A DNA stretch of 64,000 nt, from the NCBI RefSeq assembly GCF_009914755.1, contig NC_060929.1. One strand, written 5' to 3'. Positions 46,761 through 62,399 of this stretch are shown piece by piece; position 1 is the stretch's first letter; every line of letters starts with the position of its first letter. Position numbers and translations under genes: made by a program. This DNA comes from the human T2T-CHM13v2.0 reference genome, Homo sapiens. A model generated the notes under the pieces. The model saw only the letters and a list, made by a program, of their open reading frames with translations. It was not told the DNA's origin and did no database searches.

Positions 46761-47640
46761 TTTATAATTGTAATCTAGAGACCTTCATAGTTACATTTAT
46801 TCCTATAGGCTTAATACTGTCTCAGTTGTAATGCATTCTTCATCAAAAATAGGTTAAATAAATGGATGTCTCTGAAACTAGGGTTTATATATGTTTTACT
46901 TCTTTATTTTTTGCCCTTTTAAACAGTTTAGATTTAAGAATTGCTGCTAACAGGGATTTATCTGAAATGACAACTCAATTTCCTAAATTATTCTTCGGGG
47001 ATAAAAGAGGCAGCATTTCTGGATACCTAACTTGGAGGCTATGAAAAAACTTAGTACCACACAGATACAGGCTTGCAATTATCCATGTTGGTATAAGCAT
47101 AAATCATGTTGGTGTGTGTATGCACACTTGTGCACATGTATATGTATGTCTGTAATAATGCAAGTGTTTTGCTTGTGGTTAGTTTGAGCAACTGGTAACA
47201 TATGAAGTACAAATTTTTGCAGATAAAGTTAATTTATTTCTTACTGTACAGTATGAAAACATACTTATCTAGGTAATGTATTAAATTCACAGTGTGTATG
47301 TGAGGAAAGCTTTACCTCTGTATACCCTTGTGATTTATTTGTATACAAAGTAAAGTAACATTTTTGTTCAAGTAATAGCACAGTTTGTGCTTTCTTGCAA
47401 GGATATCAGCATGAACATCTGATTCTTTAAATACAAGGGTTGTTGAAGCTAATGTCACCCAAGTCACTCAGTTGCCTCTACAAATTTCTACATGAATACA
47501 TTCTTTTAGATTTGAATGTAAGAAAACCAATTGGTCCCTAAAAATGTGGAGTTGACAATGGGAACTATACAAATTAATGATTTCCACATACGCTCTTTCT
47601 ACCAAGAACCAGAAAGTCATATTCGAGGCTAAAGATAGTA

Positions 47641-49461
<1,821 letters not shown>

Positions 49462-50708
49462 TAGACAACTGATACTTTTCCTAGGCATTTTTGCATTAGC
49501 CCTTTTCCTTTGCTCTGAGTTCTATATTATTTATAATACTTTCCTTTTCTATGAGTAATCTCAAAGTCTTTCTGGAATGAGTGGAAGCATAAATATATTT
49601 ATATGTTTATACATACATATATAATGGATTAAATTGGTCCCCATGTTATCATATTTCTATTCTCAAATCTAGAAGCATCAAGACAGAGTTAATGAAAATT
49701 TAATTAGTTTCCTGATGGAAAAGAAACCTTGGCATCCACTCTTTCATCTGCATTAGAAATGTACATTGCTTGAGAACCATGAGTGTTCATTATCCATTAT
49801 CAATGTGGAGCCCTGTACCAGCGGAAATAATGCTGGTTAAATGTAATAATAGGTTAGATGTTAGACTTACTCCTTTTTAATTACATTTATAAATACTAGT
49901 TCCTCTTTTAAATAAACTGGATGAATTATACACTGTTACCGCAATTATAAAGTGGAATTTCAGAGTATCAAGCAAAAACTTGCATATACAATCCCATGGA
50001 CTGTTCGGGGAGATGAAATACTACTGCTATCTAGGTTCTAATAAATGTCAGTTTTATTTTTTTAACCTAATTTCAACTTTATTACCTCCAATTCTGGAAA
50101 TTGAGGTCTATCGATCTTCTCTAATCAAAAACAGAGAATTTGTCAGGAACCTCAATATGATGTCTAGCTTCTGTCATAAACAGAGTTGAAATAACTGATA
50201 TCTATGTTGCAGACTTTTAGATTATGTTCCCCTTCCATTTGTCTTGGATTTCAAAATTCCATTCTTACATTAAATTAATTCAAAAGAAACAAGTATAGGA
50301 GAACCACATGAAATTATCTTACCATAGAAATGTTAGTGATTGTTATATTCCACAATCATATTTGAGGAATTATATAAGCAGAAGCTTTATGCAGTAACCT
50401 CCGGGGACTTCCATATTTTGGAGTGACTTCCTCAAAATTTTCCAAGACCTTTTATGTGACTAAGGCTATCTGTGGGTGGCAATGTGATCTGAGAAGGTCA
50501 TTCTGGTCTAGGCTGGAAATGTTTGGGTCTCAGTGTCCATTTATCGTTTGGGGCTCACTTTGACATTCTACTCAACCTACAGGTTCATAAGTGCCCTGTG
50601 GATCTTTAGGGATTGCACTATGAGGTTGGCCCCGTGCCACTTGAACAGCCCCTGACTCCTGGTAGGCAGCCTGTAAAGGAGATAGTTCATAGTTCTTGCT
50701 TAATGGCA

Positions 50709-50742
50709 GTGTGTGTGTGTGTGTGTGTGTGTGCGCGTGTGT
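50709..50742. repeat. (TG)n microsatellite
   Basis: TG run with a short CG interruption. Confidence 0.9.
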
Positions 50743-52100
50743 ATTTGTAAGATCACTGAGACTGGATGACCAGAATGGTACTTATGGGCTGATTTGATTT
50801 GGGGTGACTCAATTTTTAAACATAGATAGGTGCCCTGCAAAAATCATTTGCCTGGGACCACATATGCCTTAGTGGAAACTCTGGTTATATGTCCCTTTCA
50901 ACAAAGTTTCTATTTAAAGAACTTTTCCACTGTATAATTTAATATCCTTTAAATACATTTCCACAATGTAATTTATTTTAAGTGTGGTAGAAATAATTCA
51001 GATCTTAAATGAATATTCCTCCTTTGACCTAATATTGGAATCATACAACCTATTATATATCTCTTTAGTTTATGTTTTCAGAAAGCTCAAGGGATTTGCT
51101 GCTCAAGAGTCATGATCTTCTATAACCATTTCCAAACACTCTTCCTATGATGGTTTTCCAATTATGACTTTGGATTTATTTTAAACTCTCCTCAAGCATC
51201 AATTTTTCTTTATCAAAACCCATGGCAATATCTTTTACAAAACTTAAAAAGAATTCACAAAATCAAAATAAAATATAATACTTATTTTTGGGGAAATTTT
51301 TTTTTGGTGTGGTGGACAAGTTATACTGTTCTAGACATGGGTGAAAACAATTTAATGGAAAAAAAAGCAGTAAAACATAACTGTCCTGAAACAGATAGTT
51401 GCCACCGAGTATTTTGTGAAAAAAATTAAATTTCCATAAAGTTGCAATAAGATATTTAAATTGCATGCTCTGTTGATGTGTACATATTTGGGTTCCAAAA
51501 TTTATTACTTCAGCCATAAAGACACTTATAAATATCTGCTGAAAATATATAAATTATTTATAAAGCTTAAGCAAGCCAAATCGAATACTTCAGAACCACA
51601 ATCCAAATGGCACATCACATTTTAACGGGAAAGGAGAAGAAATACATTCTTGTCATTAAAGAACACCAAGATCAGTTTAGATTATTTATGCCTGGTGATT
51701 CTTCTCTGTGTCTCTTATTGCTAAATATCTCCAATTTGGCTGTGAGCAATAAAAATGATATAACTATACTGATACTATACTTCTAACTATGGTTATAATT
51801 ATGCTTAATAACATTTTCATACTTTAACTTCATGTCTTCAGCAAAGAATGTCAAAAATTGAACGAAATATATACTATTTTCATTAAAATAATCAGGAAGA
51901 ATTAAAGCAAAGAGGGTTTAAATGATATTCTGAAGCTTACCCGGGCCATTGAGTCAGGAAGATAAACCAGGTCTCTTGGATTTCAATTCCAGTGTTCTAG
52001 TCACTGGTTTGTTCAACTCCTGTGCAAAACATCCATACAAAATACACAATGCATATTCCCCCTTCCTATCAAGCGGTTGTCAAAAGAAATACGCCATTAC

Positions 52101-52331
52101 CTTTCCCACATACTGAGGCTCGGAGCCCACGTATTCTTCCAGCACAAAAAATTGATTCCATACCCAGCCACGTTTAACACGTTGGAAATGTGACCGTTGT
52201 CCTGGCAGATGGATAACATTTTCTCTTGGCTCTGTGGCTAAAGTCTGCTGTGGCTGTGGTTGTAGTGGTGTTAGGAGACCTCCATCAAACAGAACCCAGA
52301 GAAGCAGGGATAAACAGTTCCTTGTAAGCAT
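52101..52331 (-). CDS. CDH12: Cadherin-12 first coding exon (aa 1-77: signal peptide, propeptide, RVKR site, start of EC1)
   Basis: Translates to [77 protein letters not shown], which I recognise as the CDH12 N-terminus. It has the type II cadherin W2/W4 motif after a proprotein-convertase site. ATG at 52331-52329, phase-0 donor AAG|GTAATG at 52101/52100. Confidence 0.97.
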
Positions 52332-52517
52332 TGGCAAAGGCTTTCCTACAGCAGAGTAATAAAAACTCCAACACTTAACGTAGAATTGTGGAATCCAGGT
52401 TTGAGGTGTCTGTGGCCTCCACCACTTAGCTTCTTGTTTTATTGCAGAAATGATGATGCAGGCATTAATCCTTTTGATGAAAAGGCTTCTGCTGTATTAT
52501 ATTCCATCTAAAGGGGC
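52332..52517 (-). other. CDH12: 5'UTR portion of the same CDH12 exon (186 nt)
   Basis: Minus-strand acceptor TCTTTGTTCATCTATTTCATAG|GCCCC with AG at 52519-52518, giving a 417-nt exon. This implies further non-coding exons upstream. Confidence 0.85.
52439..52507 (-). promoter_or_regulatory. Upstream ORF in the CDH12 leader (22 aa, [22 protein letters not shown])
   Basis: ATG at 52507 (+4 G), second in-frame ATG at 52465, TAA at 52441-52439. Out of frame with the main ATG and ends 107 nt before it. Confidence 0.6.
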
Positions 52518-52833
52518 CTATGAAATAGATGAACAAAGATACATTAAATTAATGAAATTGCATGATGATATTCATCACAACGCTCATTATATCTGCCAAC
52601 ATTTAAGGAAACCGAGAAGAAAGACTATAAAAGAATTATATTAGTAAACGGTCACCGCTATTCAACATTTTAACTTGGATAAATTATCTGAGTTTTTCAC
52701 AGACTTGAGAAAATATTAGTTACAATGAAGCAAAAGGTGCATTATAAACAGAAATGATATTTTCAAAAAATTGGCAAATCATTTTAAGGAGAAAAATACA
52801 GACCACTATTTTAAAGTGAGCTATTAAGTTAGA

Positions 52834-53059
52834 GTAGGATCTTGCAACTTCAGCATTATTGACATCTTAGGGTTGATAATTCATTATTGCTGGGAAGCTA
52901 TTTTGTGCATTTTAAGATTTCTAGTAGCACTTTTTTCTTCTACTTAATAGATGACAGTAGCACCCCTTCCCATATCTGGTTTGTGACAAGAAAAAAGTAT
53001 CTCCAGACATTGCCATATATCCCCTAGGGGAGCAAAAAATGCCAAAATTAAGAACCACA
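52834..53059 (-). mobile_element. MER20 (hAT-Charlie)
   Basis: TTGTGACAAG…TCTCCAGACATTGCC…CCCCTAGGGGAGCAAAA…AAGAACCAC is the reverse of the MER20 5' part. Confidence 0.8.
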
Positions 53060-54212
53060 ATGTAGAGAATAAAGAAAACAATTTTTAAAAAGCAAAAAGT
53101 TCCTGAAGTTAGAGAATAGAAAGATACAGACGATCTAAAGAACAAGATAAATTATTAAATGTAAAAGCGAATCATCTTACTAAAATGTAAATGATGGATA
53201 CAATGTTTTAAGTCTTTATAAATTTAAATTTTCTTTAAAAATGTTTCTCTAGCCTGGATATACCAGAAACCTTGACAATGTGAGTATTACTTTATAGACG
53301 TTGTGTAGCTCAGAGAAAAGCTGGATCCCTACCAGATGCAGAGCTTTTACTCTGCATTTAGATAAAATGACCTTTGAACTTTTTCTTATAACAAGCGTTT
53401 TTAAATTCACTTATCTAATATTCATTGAGTGTCTATAACACACTGTCTTTAATTATGTGGTAGATAAAAAAACAGACACAATCTTTGCCTCTCTAAAATC
53501 ACAAACAAAAAATAAACAGTCAAATAAATAACTGAGGGCAGATTATGCAAATGGAAAAAAAAAAAGCAAACAAGAATATCCTGAGGGTAAAACCTACGTT
53601 AGCAAAACCTGTTGTAGGTGATAATTGCACTGAGGTCTAAAGGAATAAAAGCATTCCTATATTTTCTAAGCAGGCATGATGAAACGTGGCTCTAGAACAA
53701 GGGTGATTTTATGCATTTGGCACTAGGGTCACAGTGCTTCGAGCCTATAAGGTTTCTAAAGGCCGAAAACGTTGGAAGCCAGAAAATATATATAATGCTT
53801 CCAAAACAAGAGAACTAAAATCAAATCAATGCATGTTTAATTAAATGTCTATAAAACATGGTGTTTTTGTCAACTAGTCAGCTGCAGTTCAGAACAATGT
53901 GTATTCACTTATGTGTAATGTAATAAAAACATTTAATGAGTTCTTTATAAATATTGAAATTTAAACATTAAATGTGGAAATAGTAATTCACCATACTTGA
54001 GATAAGATATGAGATGAGGAGTGTCCAAAAGTTATACTCTGAAAGTATTTTATAGGGCAAACCTAAAAAAAATAAAATAAAACCGGATATAAATTTTTTT
54101 CTTCTTTATAAGAGTGTAACTGTAACTGTTAGATATTGACAAAACCGTAAGTTGTCTTTTTTTGCATCTTTTCATTCTGACAAAATAATATTTATAAAAA
54201 GTTAAGTTAGAT

Positions 54213-54826
54213 CTGCCTTGTCCAATATGGAAACCTCTAGTCACATGTGCCTTTTTAGTTAAAAATTGGCAATTTGGGATCATGATGTGCTCTACTTTTA
54301 AATTATATGTTGAATTTCAAAGACAGTACAAAAAATAGGAAGGTATCTTTTTTTTTATCACTTGACATGATATTTTGGATATGTTAGGATAAATAAATAC
54401 ACATTATTAAAATTAATTTTGCTTCTTTCTTTCTTTTTTCTTTTTCTTTTTTTTGATGGAGTCTTGCTGTGTCTCCCAGGCTGGAGCGCAGTGGCGTAAT
54501 CTCAGCTCATTGCAATCTCCGCCTCCTGGGTTCAACTGATTCTTCTGACTCAGCCTCCCGAGTAGCTGGGACTATAGGTGCGTGCCACCACACCCGGCTA
54601 ATTTTTTTTATTTTTAGTAGAGACGGGGTTTCACCATGTTGGCCAGGATGATCTCGATCTCCTGACCTCATGATCCACCTGCCTCAGCCTCCCAACGTGC
54701 TGGGATTACAGGCGTGAGCCACCTCGCTTGGCCTCTTTCCAATTTTTTAATGTGCTTACTAGAAAATTAACATTTGATATGCAACTCACATTTACATTTT
54801 GAATTATTTTCAATTGGACAGCACTG
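54213..54826 (-). mobile_element. MER33-like hAT element split by an Alu
   Basis: TGTCCAATATGG…CTAGTCACATGTG and …ATTGGACAGCACTG termini, with internal TATTTTGGATAT…TTATTAAAATTAATTT. Confidence 0.7.
54423..54734 (-). mobile_element. Alu (AluSc/Sg-like)
   Basis: Full reverse Alu with T-rich tail. Confidence 0.95.
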
Positions 54827-55605
54827 ATTTAGACAATACAGTTTGAATCACAAACTGTGATTTCTATTTAAGCAATTTATTCTTAACATTCAAAGTAAAA
54901 TATCTAACATGAACTCCATCACGTTTGCGGTAAAAATACGTTAGAAAGTCAGAGAATCTTTTGCATCTATTTCAATAACGTGTAAGCATGGTAATGTATT
55001 TTTTTCTCATTTGTTTTTAAGTTTAAATTGCTAGGGTTAACCTCCAAGGTGTATTAATTTCTTAAATTTTTTGTTTCTTCCATGTTTCATCCCATACTCA
55101 TACCAATCCTATTCCAAGCATATCAGTTCAGATTGGGAGATAAATACAAGGAGAAAAATGGGTGACAGAAACTCTGACTTCCCAAATCTATTCTAGAATA
55201 TGCCATTAGGTTGCATTTCTGCCTTCCTGTTCTATTAAACCTTTTCTTTCACTATTTTGGGGATGTGAGGTATCAACACTCAGACTTTAGAGAACACTGA
55301 CATCTAAGGTCATCTCTCAAGACAAGTGTCTTTTTATTGTATATTAGAGATTTTTGAGGTTGGACATATGACAACATTCATCATCATTGCCGCCAGTCTG
55401 GTCCAAATTCTCCTTTTCGCTTAGAAGTCAAATGTGTCTAAAATCTGAGCTGTGGCTCCCTACCAGAGTAATCTTGCAGAAGTTTCCATCCACTCACATC
55501 ACTTTCCATCTGTTGATTGTGCTAGAATATGTGTCTATAGTGTGGAAAAATTAGTGAATAAGTGATTGGTAATTAGAGAGAAACATAAATTTAACATGCA
55601 AAGTG

Positions 55606-56320
55606 CAGTAGTCCCCATTTATATGTGAAGAATGTGTTCCAAAACCCCCAGGAAATGCCTGAAACCAAGGATAGTACCGAAGCTGTTATCTGTCAATCTG
55701 AACACATCTCTGTTTATGTCTTCCACCCACAAATTTTATACTTTTTCCATCTTAACTAAGCCCATATCATGGGACTGTAACTTTTGCAGTTTTGGGAGGT
55801 GGGACAGCAAAACTAGAAGGGGTTTCTTTTTCATTCTTCACAATTTCATGGAGAGGTTTATTCTTACCATAGCAACCTCAGCATATGATTTATTTTCTTT
55901 CCTTATTAAGTAGAGAACTTTCACCTTTTCACATAAAAGGAAGACTTTATGGCTTCTCTTTGGCATATCCAAGTTGCCAGCATCACTATTCTTGCACTTT
56001 GGGGCCATTATTAAGTAACCTAGGCTTTCTTGAACATAAGCACTCGATACTGTGACAGTCAGTCTGCTAACCAAGAAGGCTAAGTGACTCATGGGTAGGG
56101 AGTGTCTACCTCTTGAATCCACTGCACAAAGAGACTATACACATCCCAGGTGGGACAGAAGTATATGGTGCAAAATTTCATCATGCTACTCTAAATGGTG
56201 CACAGTTCAAACCTTATAAATTGTTTATTTCTGTAGGTTTTTATTTAATATTTTTGGACTGCAGTTGATCACCGGTTACTGAAACCATGGAAAATGACGC
56301 AGGATAAGGGGTGACTACTG
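55606..56320 (-). mobile_element. MER44 (Tigger7-derived) element
   Basis: Terminal inverted repeats CAGTAGTCCCC…/…GGATAAGGGGTGACTACTG. A minus-strand remnant MAPKCKNSDAGNLDMPKRSHKV…EKVKVL resembles a Tigger transposase N-terminus. Confidence 0.85.
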
Positions 56321-57202
56321 TGTGTTGTTTCATAAGCTAATTCACCAACACATAAACAGTTTGCATCAGGAAACAACAGCAGCTAAATGCAAACTATGGT
56401 AATAAAGCTGAAGTTAACTGGAGCCACAGAGGAGTGCAACGTAGAACATGATGCCCATTTCCCTCAGGCCCACATTCTGTTCTTACTTTGGCTCTTGTTG
56501 GACACAAATTCTATCATACTGTGCTGTGTTTCTTCCAGATTTTTATGCATTTCTCTCTCAAAGTAGGCTGAACTTTACTTGTATCCATGTTATCAAATTA
56601 CCTTCTTTTTTAAGAGTAGAATTTTATGTTTACTAGATATTTATTTAGCAATAGTTTATTTTTGCTGATATTTTCATTGGGATGGTGATTGCTAGTGGCA
56701 ATTGCATGAGTTTTGGGGATCTGCACATATCTTTTTTCTCTATGAGCTCTGTTATTTTAATATGAATTTTGCAGAATGCAGAGCTTTTAAAAAACTTGCA
56801 TATCACACTTAGCAGAAGCACTTGTAATTAAAAACATAAAACTTTCTCCTTGCACGTATTAAAATCCAGAACTTTAATATGACATTTACGAATTTAACAA
56901 GGCCTGCATAATCGACCTCTGCATGTTCAACCCTTGCCATTCTCTTCCTTTCCTGAGTCCAAACTCCTTAGTTTTAACTCATGTTAATAACAGTAATAAC
57001 AGTAATTTATATTAGGAGTGTACTCATGTGATTATTTGTTTACTCTTTTCTGGGTGGAGTGGTGGCGTAAAGAGAAGCTAGGGAGGAGTAATGATGCCTA
57101 TTTTATCAGCCATTCTGTTCCTGGGGTCTACACTATTACCTGGCAAATTGTAGGCACCAAGTACATCTTTGTTAAGTTTGAATGAATAATTCATTGAATG
57201 GT

Positions 57203-57425
57203 AATAGCTAACCTTTATTGAAAACTTACAATGTTCTACATAGTGTTGTATGTTCTATGCCTATATAACAGCCCTGTGAAGGAGGTGGTATTATTACACC
57301 CATTTGACAGAAGAAATGGAGGAACAGAGATGTTAAGTGACTTGACCATGATCTACATGTTAGTACATAGCAGGCAGGCTTGAATCTGGGCAGTCTGACT
57401 ACAGAGCTCATACTCTTGGATCCTC
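57203..57425 (-). mobile_element. MIR
   Basis: CCCATTTGACAGAAGAAATGGAGGAACAGAGATGTTAAGTGACTTG…TTGAATCTGGGCAGTCTGACT. Confidence 0.8.
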
Positions 57426-59969
57426 TACGGTGTTGCCCCTCTGTTAATAGATATAAAAATACACAAAACCTCAGGGGTTTCCAATCCTAGTAAAACAAGG
57501 AATATGTGCCCGCAAACTTGAGTTTCAAGTTATTTTTCAAAACCTAAGCAGGTATTTCAATACTGGGCAGCTTAAGCTTTCAGACTCATTTAGCTCTTTT
57601 GTAAAATTAGGAGATTTAAGCTATCAGGTCAATATAGTTCCTCTGAAGTCCAGAGATCCAAGACTCCCAGCTTTCCACCCACAAAGATCTGGGAAGGACA
57701 TAATTTTAGGCAGAGGTAGGAAATAATAGACATGGTCACTGTTCTCATAGGATTGCACAGTGACTGAAAATTCAGAAAGTGCTCCAACAGCCCATCAAGG
57801 CACTAAACAGGTCACCAGGTTGAGTGATAAGAAATAGCTGTTGTACAGAAAAGAGGGTATGAGGGTTTCCAACTGTTCCAGGGAGCTCTTCCTAGTGATC
57901 TTGAACTGTGGATGTAGTTCTGGGGTCCGATAGATGAGATGGCAGCCTGTTTGACCTACCTGACAATTCTACATTTGAGGATTGCTTCTGGCATTGATAT
58001 TATTAAAAATAAATAAATTACTTAATGGATTAATAAAAATATTGACTTTGGAACAAGAAAGATCTGAAGTATCATTTTACATGAATTCACAGCATAGTTT
58101 TATGCTAAGTAACTATCTGTTAAGTAGCATTTGAACTGTGAGGACACAATCAACAATGGTCTTTTATTTGTGGAGCTATACAATAAATATGACTAAGTAA
58201 ATATTTTTCAATCTCATCCCTCAATGAGAACGTGTGTGAGTGCATTTCCTCACTCCTGTCATTGTTTTATAATCCTAAAATCCATTTCAAGTCTCTATAA
58301 CACTACAGTCCTTCAGTGAACAGATGAACCAATGTTATTTTCAGTACAGGATGCTGCTCCCAGCAGATCCCAGACTCTGGCCACGGTTGTCAGCCAGGGA
58401 GCTTTTAAAGTGCTATATCACAACAATAATAATGCAAGGAGATTGAAGGACTCCAGTTCTTAAGTGAAAGGCAAACAACTCCCCCAGGCATGAAACACAG
58501 GCTAAATTACAAGGAAAAACTATATCAAGCCATCAACCTGGGTATACTTGCCCCAGCACCAATGGTGTTGTTATAAAAGCAAGAACAGAAAGCTTATTCT
58601 GGGAGGTCAGTACCCTATGGAAATATGTGAACCTTAAGGAAGACAGATTTGCTACAAAGGACATCACCAGAAGTAGGTTGTATTCCATATACCTGATTTC
58701 AGGTACAGTGATAAAATATTTATATTTGTCTATGCTTCCTCATCTTTTGTAGAGCCAGAGTGACTTTTCAAAGACTTCTTAACTCGGATGATGACTCTCT
58801 GGAGCCCAACATCCCTTTTAGCAGGAGGGATTTTTTTTTTTAAATGGTCATATATCAAAGCAGCAGATATTTAGTTGTGAAATACTCACTGACAGTAACA
58901 CTTCCTTGAAGTGTGCCTCCAAAGCTAAAAGATATACAAAGGCTGTGGTTTCCCTAGTTATTTATTTAAATGGGGAGTGTTTGCTTTTAAGAATAACTCC
59001 TGAAAAAGGGCAAATATATTCAATATAAATTACATTGAAAGGGTTCTCTTTGTCAGGGACAACTTATTAAGCTGAAAGACTTGTTAATTATTAAAAGGTG
59101 TTCTCTATTATGGGTAGCATTCTAATACTAACTGCATATTGGAGAACTCTTTAATGGTGACTATGCTTGTGGTCTATTTTAAATTAATATTCTATGGAGT
59201 AATTTTTCAAGGGCACTTCTTAAAATTTAAAAGGAAAATAATACAACCTCCCCCACCTCCTCTTGTGAATAGGTGGCCCTTTAATTTGAAATAGTAATCA
59301 AAAGTGATCCCCATTGAACAATATAAGGGAAGGCTTTATTTTCCATATTATTAAAAAAAATCAATGGCAGCATAACTTACGTAATCCAAAAAATATTAAA
59401 ATGTCAACAATATGCTTTATATTTTTTAATGTTATTCTTCACCTTGAAAACATTATTTTATTTGACTTAACTTCATAAATTAAGCTTTCTGCTTCCTATT
59501 GTATGAAATGCATTATAATCAGTAAATATTTAAAGACTTCAAGCAAATCTGATAGTTTAAGAATATGACTCCCAGGAAAATTATTTGAAGGTTTCAACAG
59601 GCACTGTTATGCAAATTTTAAGCTTTGTTCAGGAAAACATGGTACTTTTTGAAAAGCCTTGGGAATGAGCATACATCCCTAATGCAGCTTTTTTGGTTCC
59701 AGTTAAACCTATCCCAAAATGACATATGACTCTCTCTCTGGTATAGCAAACCCTTAACACTCACTCTTTTGTTTTATAGACTGCCTGCTGAGAAGCAGAC
59801 ATAGTAAACCAATCTCTGCTAATTCTTATCAGCAAAACAGAGGTGTCTGTAGATGATTATTACTCAATGATCTTAACTTATGGGGTTCATTAATCCTGCC
59901 TCTCTGGCTTGTCCAGATTCTACTCCCTACTTCTCAAGTATGTTAGGAAGCCAAAATATGCTATTTGAA

Positions 59970-60311
59970 TTTTATTTATATATTTATTTATTTATTTATT
60001 TTTTATTATTATTTTTTGAGACGGAGTCTCACTCTGTCACCCGGGCTGGAGTGCAGTGGCGTGATCTCGTCTCATTCCAGCCTCCGCCTCCCGGGTTTAA
60101 ACAATTCTCTGCCTCAGCCTCCTGAGTAGCTGGGATTACAGGCACGTGCCAACAAGTCCCACTAATTTGTTTTTTGTTTGTTTGTTTGTTTGTTTGTTTT
60201 TTGCATTTTTAGTATCTTGGCCAGGCTGGCATTGAACTCCTGACCTTGTGATCCACCCGCCTTGGCCTCCCAAAGTGCTGGGATTACAGGCGTGAGCCAC
60301 CGTGCCCGGCC
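59970..60311 (-). mobile_element. Alu (AluS) with expanded (GTTT)n linker and internal deletion
   Basis: Reverse Alu ending CGTGCCCGGCC, with GAATTTTA on both sides as a candidate TSD. Confidence 0.93.
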
Positions 60312-60544
60312 CGAATTTTAACTGATATGAAAATGGCTGCTACTAGTTTTACTGAAATGAAAATGGCTGCTACTGGTATCTCCTACAAGCCAAGAAAAAA
60401 AAAATGTTAAAAAAAAAAGAAACTCAACATGGGACATCTTTCCAGTACTTTATGGCAAGAGACAGAATCTCTCTCTTTAAGGAGAAAAGAAATCGATCAC
60501 ATCTTTATTTTTGTGGTGTGATTTTAACTGCATTGTTTGAAAAC

Positions 60545-60925
60545 CCTTGACAGTGTATTCTGAAATTGATAATTTACCTCTGTGGTCTTTCACCCAAAAA
60601 TCCATAACCCCATTCTAATCATAAGACAAGTCTCAATTGAGAGATGTCCTATAAAATGCCTCACTAGTACTTCTTAAAATGGTGAAAGTTGCTGAAAATA
60701 AGAAAAATCTGAGAAACTGTCAAAGCCAAGAGGAGCTTAAGCAGACAGGACAACTAAATGCAATGGAGGGGATCCTGGAATATTAAAATAATCATAGGTA
60801 ATAATTAAGGAAACCTGAAGAAAATATGGACTTTAGATAATAATAATGTATCAGTATTGGTTATTCACCTGTAAGAAGTATACTATCCTAATATAAGATG
60901 TACAGAAGAGGGGAAACTGGGACTC
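60545..60925 (+). mobile_element. Old L1MC-type 3'UTR fragment
   Basis: TCTGAGAAACTGTCAAAGCCAAGAGGAGC…CAACTAAATGCAATG…GGATCCTGGA…TATGGACTTTAG. Confidence 0.65.
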
Positions 60926-61012
60926 AGTTATGGCTAAAATAAGGTACAATCTACTTTCTGTCAGACACTGAACGAGTTTACAAGAAGTGATGTGACAAGA
61001 ATGGGGAAAAAA

Positions 61013-61340
<328 letters not shown>

Positions 61341-62399
61341 TTAGACATTGCTTTGTAATGTATAGAAATCTTCATAAAAATTCAAGATCTCCATTTTGAT
61401 TATTTAACCATGTGTTGAAGAAGGATAACTGTGATGGAAAATACTTTGAATTTTCAAACTGCATTCAAATTCTGTATCAACAAAATAATGGAAAATGCTC
61501 CTACAGGGATAGATTTAAGAAAGTTTCCAGAAAGCCACCCACTGGGGATTGATGGTGAGCTGCTCAGAAAATCAGCTCAGAGTAAGTTTGGAGAAAATTC
61601 CAGTTGTAGTAATACCATCAAAATTGTCTGAAGCCACTTAGACTCTATCATACCCCTGTGTGATCTTTCTGAATTCCCAATTTTATGTAGTTAATCGGGA
61701 CTGAATTTAAAAAAATGATGATAGGTGCATTCTGAGAGTGAAATTTAAAAGTAGGATGCAATGCTTCTGGAATGGCAGAGTAAAGAGTTATGCTGACATT
61801 CTACACAGCAAAGCAGCAAGTTCACTGAGACAATTATTTAATAATTATCATTTAAAGTCTCTAGAAATGGTCTTAAGTGTATTCAGCAAACAAAATAACA
61901 CTCATTGCCAGCTGTGTTTCTCATCCTTCTTGCCAGTCCTGAGTTGTAGAAACACTATTTCTAGTGGGTGTGGAGGAGAGAACCAAGACTTCCTTTTCCC
62001 CAGCCCCTCTCAGAGGATAAAAGCTCTGTTTCAGACCCACCAAGTCAAGCATACTGGGACCTCCTCTCCTTGCCTTAGGTTTCTTGTAGAGCAGAAATTC
62101 CACATTCGTAGGGGTAAATGAGAAGACTAAGGACTACAATCCCTATCACCACCACCACTACTACCACCAATGCCCCCTTAAAAAGGGAAGGTATCACTAC
62201 AGGGTATGAGGGTCCCAACTCCCAGTGTTGTTGCATTGGTATAGACATTCCTCTCAGGGGAAACAGAGGCCAAAAGGACAAAGGGCTCTACAGCTTTGTC
62301 TCAGGGGGCATACTTTATTTGGACAGAGTGTAAACTCCTTGTCTGATGTTGAAAGTAGTAAAAACCCAGCAGGTAGCAATTATGAGGAAGCTGGTGGCT

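Noticed and set aside
52080-52100. ORF-track extension VMAYFF* and upstream MP start for CDH12
   Set aside because: The extension is read-through past the GT donor into intron, and the listed start at 52337 is a TTG. Nothing in the sequence supports an intron-retained isoform.
52101-52517. CDH12 pseudogene copy rather than the real gene
   Set aside because: The frame, ATG and both splice sites are intact and the peptide matches CDH12 as recalled. Partial CDH12 duplicates exist, so only mapping can fully exclude this.
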